Assembly: GCA_004524535.1 (NCBI GenBank)
Contig: SDNY01000062.1
Location: 1 to 21,008, forward strand
DNA length: 21,008 bases
Source of the DNA: Promethearchaeota archaeon
GTDB lineage: Archaea > Asgardarchaeota > Lokiarchaeia > Sigyniarchaeales > SOKP01
Direction: 5' to 3'
A program made the position numbers and the translations under genes. This document shows, one piece after another, positions 17,919-21,008 of this stretch. Under the pieces are notes generated by a model. That model had not been told where the DNA came from. It saw only the letters and a list, made by a program, of their open reading frames with translations, and ran no database searches. Every line of letters begins with the position of its first letter. Positions within the stretch are counted from its first letter, which is position 1.

Positions 17919-18030
17919 ACATTCGCTCCGTACGCTGTGGGAGTCACATTGATATATGGATCCTTCGGTTTAATGTGACACTGGGCTCCCTCCGCTGAAG
18001 TGTCGCAACCAGATGTGAGATTCGTTATCT
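17914..18030. other. GC-rich imperfect hairpin element, integron attC-like
   Basis: Bounded by ATAAC...GTTAT; internal stems GTCACATT/AATGTGAC, GGGAG/CTCCC and GACACT/AGTGTC; 51% GC over 17921-18020. Confidence 0.45.
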
Positions 18031-18045
18031 TTACACCAAAAAAAG

Positions 18046-18432
18046 GGGGGATATAAAATTCAGTGATTTAGATATTTTCTTAAATAGAATAAATAATCAT
18101 TTCCGCCCATAATAGACTAATAAGCCACCAATTATTAGTAATAATGATCCTATAGTCCACAAAAGTATTAATTCATCGGTGTTTGGTCGTGTGAATAAAA
18201 ACATTACTCCTACAGAAGTTACAATAATTCCTATTAAAAGAAGTAACGCACCAAAGCATGCAAAACTTCCACGACCTACTTTACCTACCCGAATACAATC
18301 TGAACATAGACCTTTATAATTTTTAAATTGGTAATCATCAATTTCTCTTCCACAAGATTTACATCTAGGCATAATTTATTATTTACATTTTTTAGTATTT
18401 AATTCTTTTTATCACTGAATTTGGTACCCAAT
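18046..18432. mobile_element. TIR-bounded passenger cassette 2
   Basis: IRs at 18049-18067 and 18411-18429 (16/19 match, perfect 12-bp AAATTCAGTGAT core); same motif family as cassette 1. Confidence 0.55.
18097..18372 (-). CDS. Small Zn-ribbon plus two-TM membrane protein, paralog B
   Basis: 91 aa, ungapped alignment to paralog A, 40/91 identical. Confidence 0.8.
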   Translation of the reverse strand: MPRCKSCGREIDDYQFKNYKGLCSDCIRVGKVGRGSFACFGALLLLIGIIVTSVGVMFLFTRPNTDELILLWTIGSLLLIIGGLLVYYGRK

Positions 18433-18442
18433 CTTTTTTTTT

Positions 18443-18539
18443 CTTTTTAAACTTTGAAAAAGAAAATATATTGTTCTAATATAAATTATTTTATATTTGA
18501 TTCAATAATACATAATGAATTGATGAGTAATAAGTTGCT
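18443..18539 (+). repeat. ERCC4 upstream region and first codons, copy 2
   Basis: Direct repeat of 15785-15883. Confidence 0.9.
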
Positions 18540-18556
18540 GATATAGTGATTTCTAA
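18523..18556 (+). pseudogene. ERCC4/XPF 5' fragment 2, internally deleted
   Basis: ATG AGT AAT AAG TTG CT (MSNKLL) is fused to GCT GAT ATA GTG ATT TCT AA (ADIVIS); similarity is lost after that. Confidence 0.7.
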
Positions 18557-18638
18557 GCATAAAATCTATAGCTAAACTGAAAAATGTTTAGAGATTATAC
18601 ATTTTTAAAGTAAAAAGATTTAATCAATATGATTTGTA

Positions 18639-20399
18639 ATGGTTTATAAATCTCCTGAAAGATATATTAAAATTAAAAAGGAATTATTAAAAGATATTTA
18701 TAAAGAATTAAAGAAAAAATCAGGTTTAACATATAAAGATATAAGTAATGAAATAGGTACGAATTTTGATAAAATTATTTTTAGGGGGGACCTCCTTTCC
18801 GAAAAATGCTTTAAAAAACTAAAAAAATTAATTATTAGAGAGTTAGGAAATGAATTTCTATCAAACTTTATTAAAAATGGAGACTTTCCCCATAAAACTA
18901 TAATAGGACGAGGTGGAAGTGAAGAAATAATATTAAAAGAAAATAATAAAAATGCTGAATTTGTTGGAATAATGCTTGGAGATGGAACACTTTATAACAA
19001 TGGTAATGTGGTTTCTGTAAGTCTTAATGGAGTTGATGAGGAAGATTATGTAAAATATGTGAAAAAATTAATGAGTGATATTTTTAAGAATTTTGAAATT
19101 CATGAGATTTGGGAAAGAAATAAATTTCCAAAATATAAACACAAAAAAGGACTTGAGCTATCTATTTTTTCACAAGCTGTACATTATTCACTTGTTTCAA
19201 TTGGTTTAGTTCCTGGAGATAAAGTAGAAAATCAAGTTAAAATTCCTGATTGGATTTATAAAAGAGATTCATTTAAAATTGGTTGTTTAAAAGGATTATT
19301 TGACACGGATGGCTCAATTTTTATTAATAAAAGAAATAGAAGTTTTGTTTTGAATTTTACGAATGGTTCAAAACCATTAGTTCAAGATTTTTATAAATTA
19401 TGTAATTCGCTTAACATTAAACCAATATCAAAAATATATGATGGATTAAATAAATCTAAGATTGAAACAAATAAAAGAGAAGTAATTAGAAAATTTTTAA
19501 ATATAGTAGATCCTGAAAAAATGAAAGAAACTTATAAAAAAAAATATTTAGGGACTAATTTAATTTATTTAAATACCTCTAAAAAAATCATAAAAGAAAT
19601 TAACGATAAAATTAAAAAAGATTATCCAAATGAATATAATCATCGTTATTCAAAAGAATTTACATTATACTTAAAAAAAATATGTGAAAAAATATTTGGT
19701 AAGAATAAAATTGATGAAATCAATGGGCATAAGTATACCTCCGAGATTTCTGATGAGATGATTGATTCTGCAATTGATAAAGCCCTTAAATTTAAATATC
19801 GACGATATAATAAACATTATGTAAAGAATTTGAAACACTTATTTGAAAAATTAGGTTCTTATTTATTTATGATAGAATATTTAAAAGAACATGATGAAAG
19901 ACCCATACTATTTGAAGAGAAAATTAGAGATCACCTAAGGCAATATTTTATAGAAAAGAATATATCTTATGAGAAATGGTTAAAAAAATATAAAATAAAA
20001 AAAATCCTAATAGATAAAAACAATAATGAGGTCTTAGAATTCCCTTTAAAATTAAGAAGAATAGTTGGCCAACAAATTTTCAAAATTCTAAATAATATAG
20101 ATCTTAAAAAAACAGATAATCAAGTGTTAAAAGAATTAATTGCCAGATTTAATGAGTTAGATATAGTTTTATTAACTTGGTTATTAGACAAACCTCATTA
20201 TAAACAAGCTCTGACAAAATATTTTATTGATTTCATAAGATTAATTCGAAAAATCAATGAATTGTATAATTTAAAAGAAAGTTATAGTGCTTATAGTATT
20301 GCAAATGATTCAAATTTGGATATCTCTCTTTCCTATAATTCTATAAAAGATATTTTAAATGATTTAATAAAATATTATCAAAACTATTACAATGAATAG
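18639..20399 (+). CDS. Free-standing double-motif LAGLIDADG (DOD-type) endonuclease with N-terminal HTH and long C-terminal extension
   Basis: HTH-like KKKSGLTYKDISNEIG; motifs AEFVGIMLGDG and CLKGLFDTDG; KIPDWI block; no intein splicing motifs seen. Confidence 0.85.
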   Translation: MVYKSPERYIKIKKELLKDIYKELKKKSGLTYKDISNEIGTNFDKIIFRGDLLSEKCFKKLKKLIIRELGNEFLSNFIKNGDFPHKTIIGRGGSEEIILKENNKNAEFVGIMLGDGTLYNNGNVVSVSLNGVDEEDYVKYVKKLMSDIFKNFEIHEIWERNKFPKYKHKKGLELSIFSQAVHYSLVSIGLVPGDKVENQVKIPDWIYKRDSFKIGCLKGLFDTDGSIFINKRNRSFVLNFTNGSKPLVQDFYKLCNSLNIKPISKIYDGLNKSKIETNKREVIRKFLNIVDPEKMKETYKKKYLGTNLIYLNTSKKIIKEINDKIKKDYPNEYNHRYSKEFTLYLKKICEKIFGKNKIDEINGHKYTSEISDEMIDSAIDKALKFKYRRYNKHYVKNLKHLFEKLGSYLFMIEYLKEHDERPILFEEKIRDHLRQYFIEKNISYEKWLKKYKIKKILIDKNNNEVLEFPLKLRRIVGQQIFKILNNIDLKKTDNQVLKELIARFNELDIVLLTWLLDKPHYKQALTKYFIDFIRLIRKINELYNLKESYSAYSIANDSNLDISLSYNSIKDILNDLIKYYQNYYNE

Positions 20400-21008
20400 A
20401 AACAAACCTTTAAAAATCATCATTGATGATCGTGAGACCAAATTATGTTCATTATTTGATAAAAAAGAAGACAGAATCTTAGAATATGAAAAAAAGAGAT
20501 TAAGTGTTGCGGATATCATTGTATCAAGCGAAATTGGTATTGAACGAAAAGAAGGTTTTGATTTCGCTAATTCTTTAACTGATAATCGCTTATTTGATCA
20601 ATTATTAAGGCTGAAAGATAATTATAATATCCCTATTCTTATTTTAGAAGGATTGAATCAAAATGTATTTAATAACATTGGAGTTTCGATCAATAGTATT
20701 TATGGGGCACTTTCTTTTATATCTTATAAATTACGTATATGCGTTATACCCACTATTAATTTAGAACATACAGCAATTGTAATAGAAAGAATCGCCTATA
20801 GAGAACAAGTCAAAGACGATTTACCATTGATAAGGAGAGTAGCTCCGAAAGAAATGTCTAAAAAGGATAGAAGGTCGTTTATAATTGAAGGGCTAATTGA
20901 TATTGGTCCAAAAAAGGCAAAAGCTCTAATTGAAAAATTTAAAACTCCTTATAATGTATTTAAAGCAATAAAAAAAACAGAGATTTTATTTACTCGCACT
21001 AACAATCC
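20392..21008 (+). CDS. xpf: ERCC4/XPF-family structure-specific endonuclease (short form), 3'-truncated by window edge
   Basis: Not in the ORF track. MNRNKPLKIIIDDRE...ADIIVSSEIGIERKEGFDF...RLFDQL...ILILEG...HhH GLIDIGPKKAKALIEKF. Overlaps the LAGLIDADG gene by 8 nt. Confidence 0.92.
   Translation, partial: MNRNKPLKIIIDDRETKLCSLFDKKEDRILEYEKKRLSVADIIVSSEIGIERKEGFDFANSLTDNRLFDQLLRLKDNYNIPILILEGLNQNVFNNIGVSINSIYGALSFISYKLRICVIPTINLEHTAIVIERIAYREQVKDDLPLIRRVAPKEMSKKDRRSFIIEGLIDIGPKKAKALIEKFKTPYNVFKAIKKTEILFTRTNN

Noticed and set aside
17765-17947. 60-aa ORF as a real gene
   Set aside because: Its GTG start and first codons come from the GC-rich hairpin; the rest is a TPR pseudogene that continues past the stop.
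17914-18030. tRNA or group II intron domain V
   Set aside because: No cloverleaf or GTTCRA T-loop, and no domain V-like stem was recognisable.
18639-20399. Intein or intron interrupting ERCC4
   Set aside because: No Hint splicing motifs, the ORF has its own start and stop, and the downstream ERCC4 has a complete N-terminus, so splicing is not needed.
1-21008. CRISPR array, rRNA, transposase or integrase
   Set aside because: No regularly spaced repeats, no long GC-rich RNA gene, and no DDE or tyrosine/serine recombinase motifs seen.

Overview
AT-rich archaeal window. The gene content suggests an Asgard archaeon of the Lokiarchaeia/Promethearchaeota type (inference from V4R and SCP2 proteins, the archaeal ADH synthase, a short helicase-less XPF/ERCC4 nuclease and GGTGA/GGAG-type RBSs). 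The left 15 kb is mostly housekeeping: the 3' part of an M50-CBS peptidase, an MFS transporter, a beta-propeller protein, a V4R protein, a degenerate macrodomain, two LMW phosphatases, SCP2, a tusA-yeeE-dsrE-dsrF-dsrH-like sulfur operon, nadB, a UPF0175/PIN toxin-antitoxin pair, aroA'-type aldolase, two membrane metal-dependent hydrolases and a subtilase. The right 6 kb is a layered insertion hotspot at the 5' end of an ERCC4/XPF gene. It holds two abandoned copies of the ERCC4 promoter and 5' end, both broken near the catalytic ERK codons. Each copy is preceded by an inverted-repeat-bounded cassette with a 91-aa Zn-ribbon/2-TM paralog, in opposite orientations. Between them lie a TPR gene, a TPR pseudogene and a GC-rich attC-like hairpin. 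A free-standing HTH-LAGLIDADG gene overlaps the start of a full N-terminal ERCC4 copy that runs off the window. A similar host-gene-end duplication brackets the TA module at the nadB 3' end. All assignments and identity counts are by eye; no searches were run.
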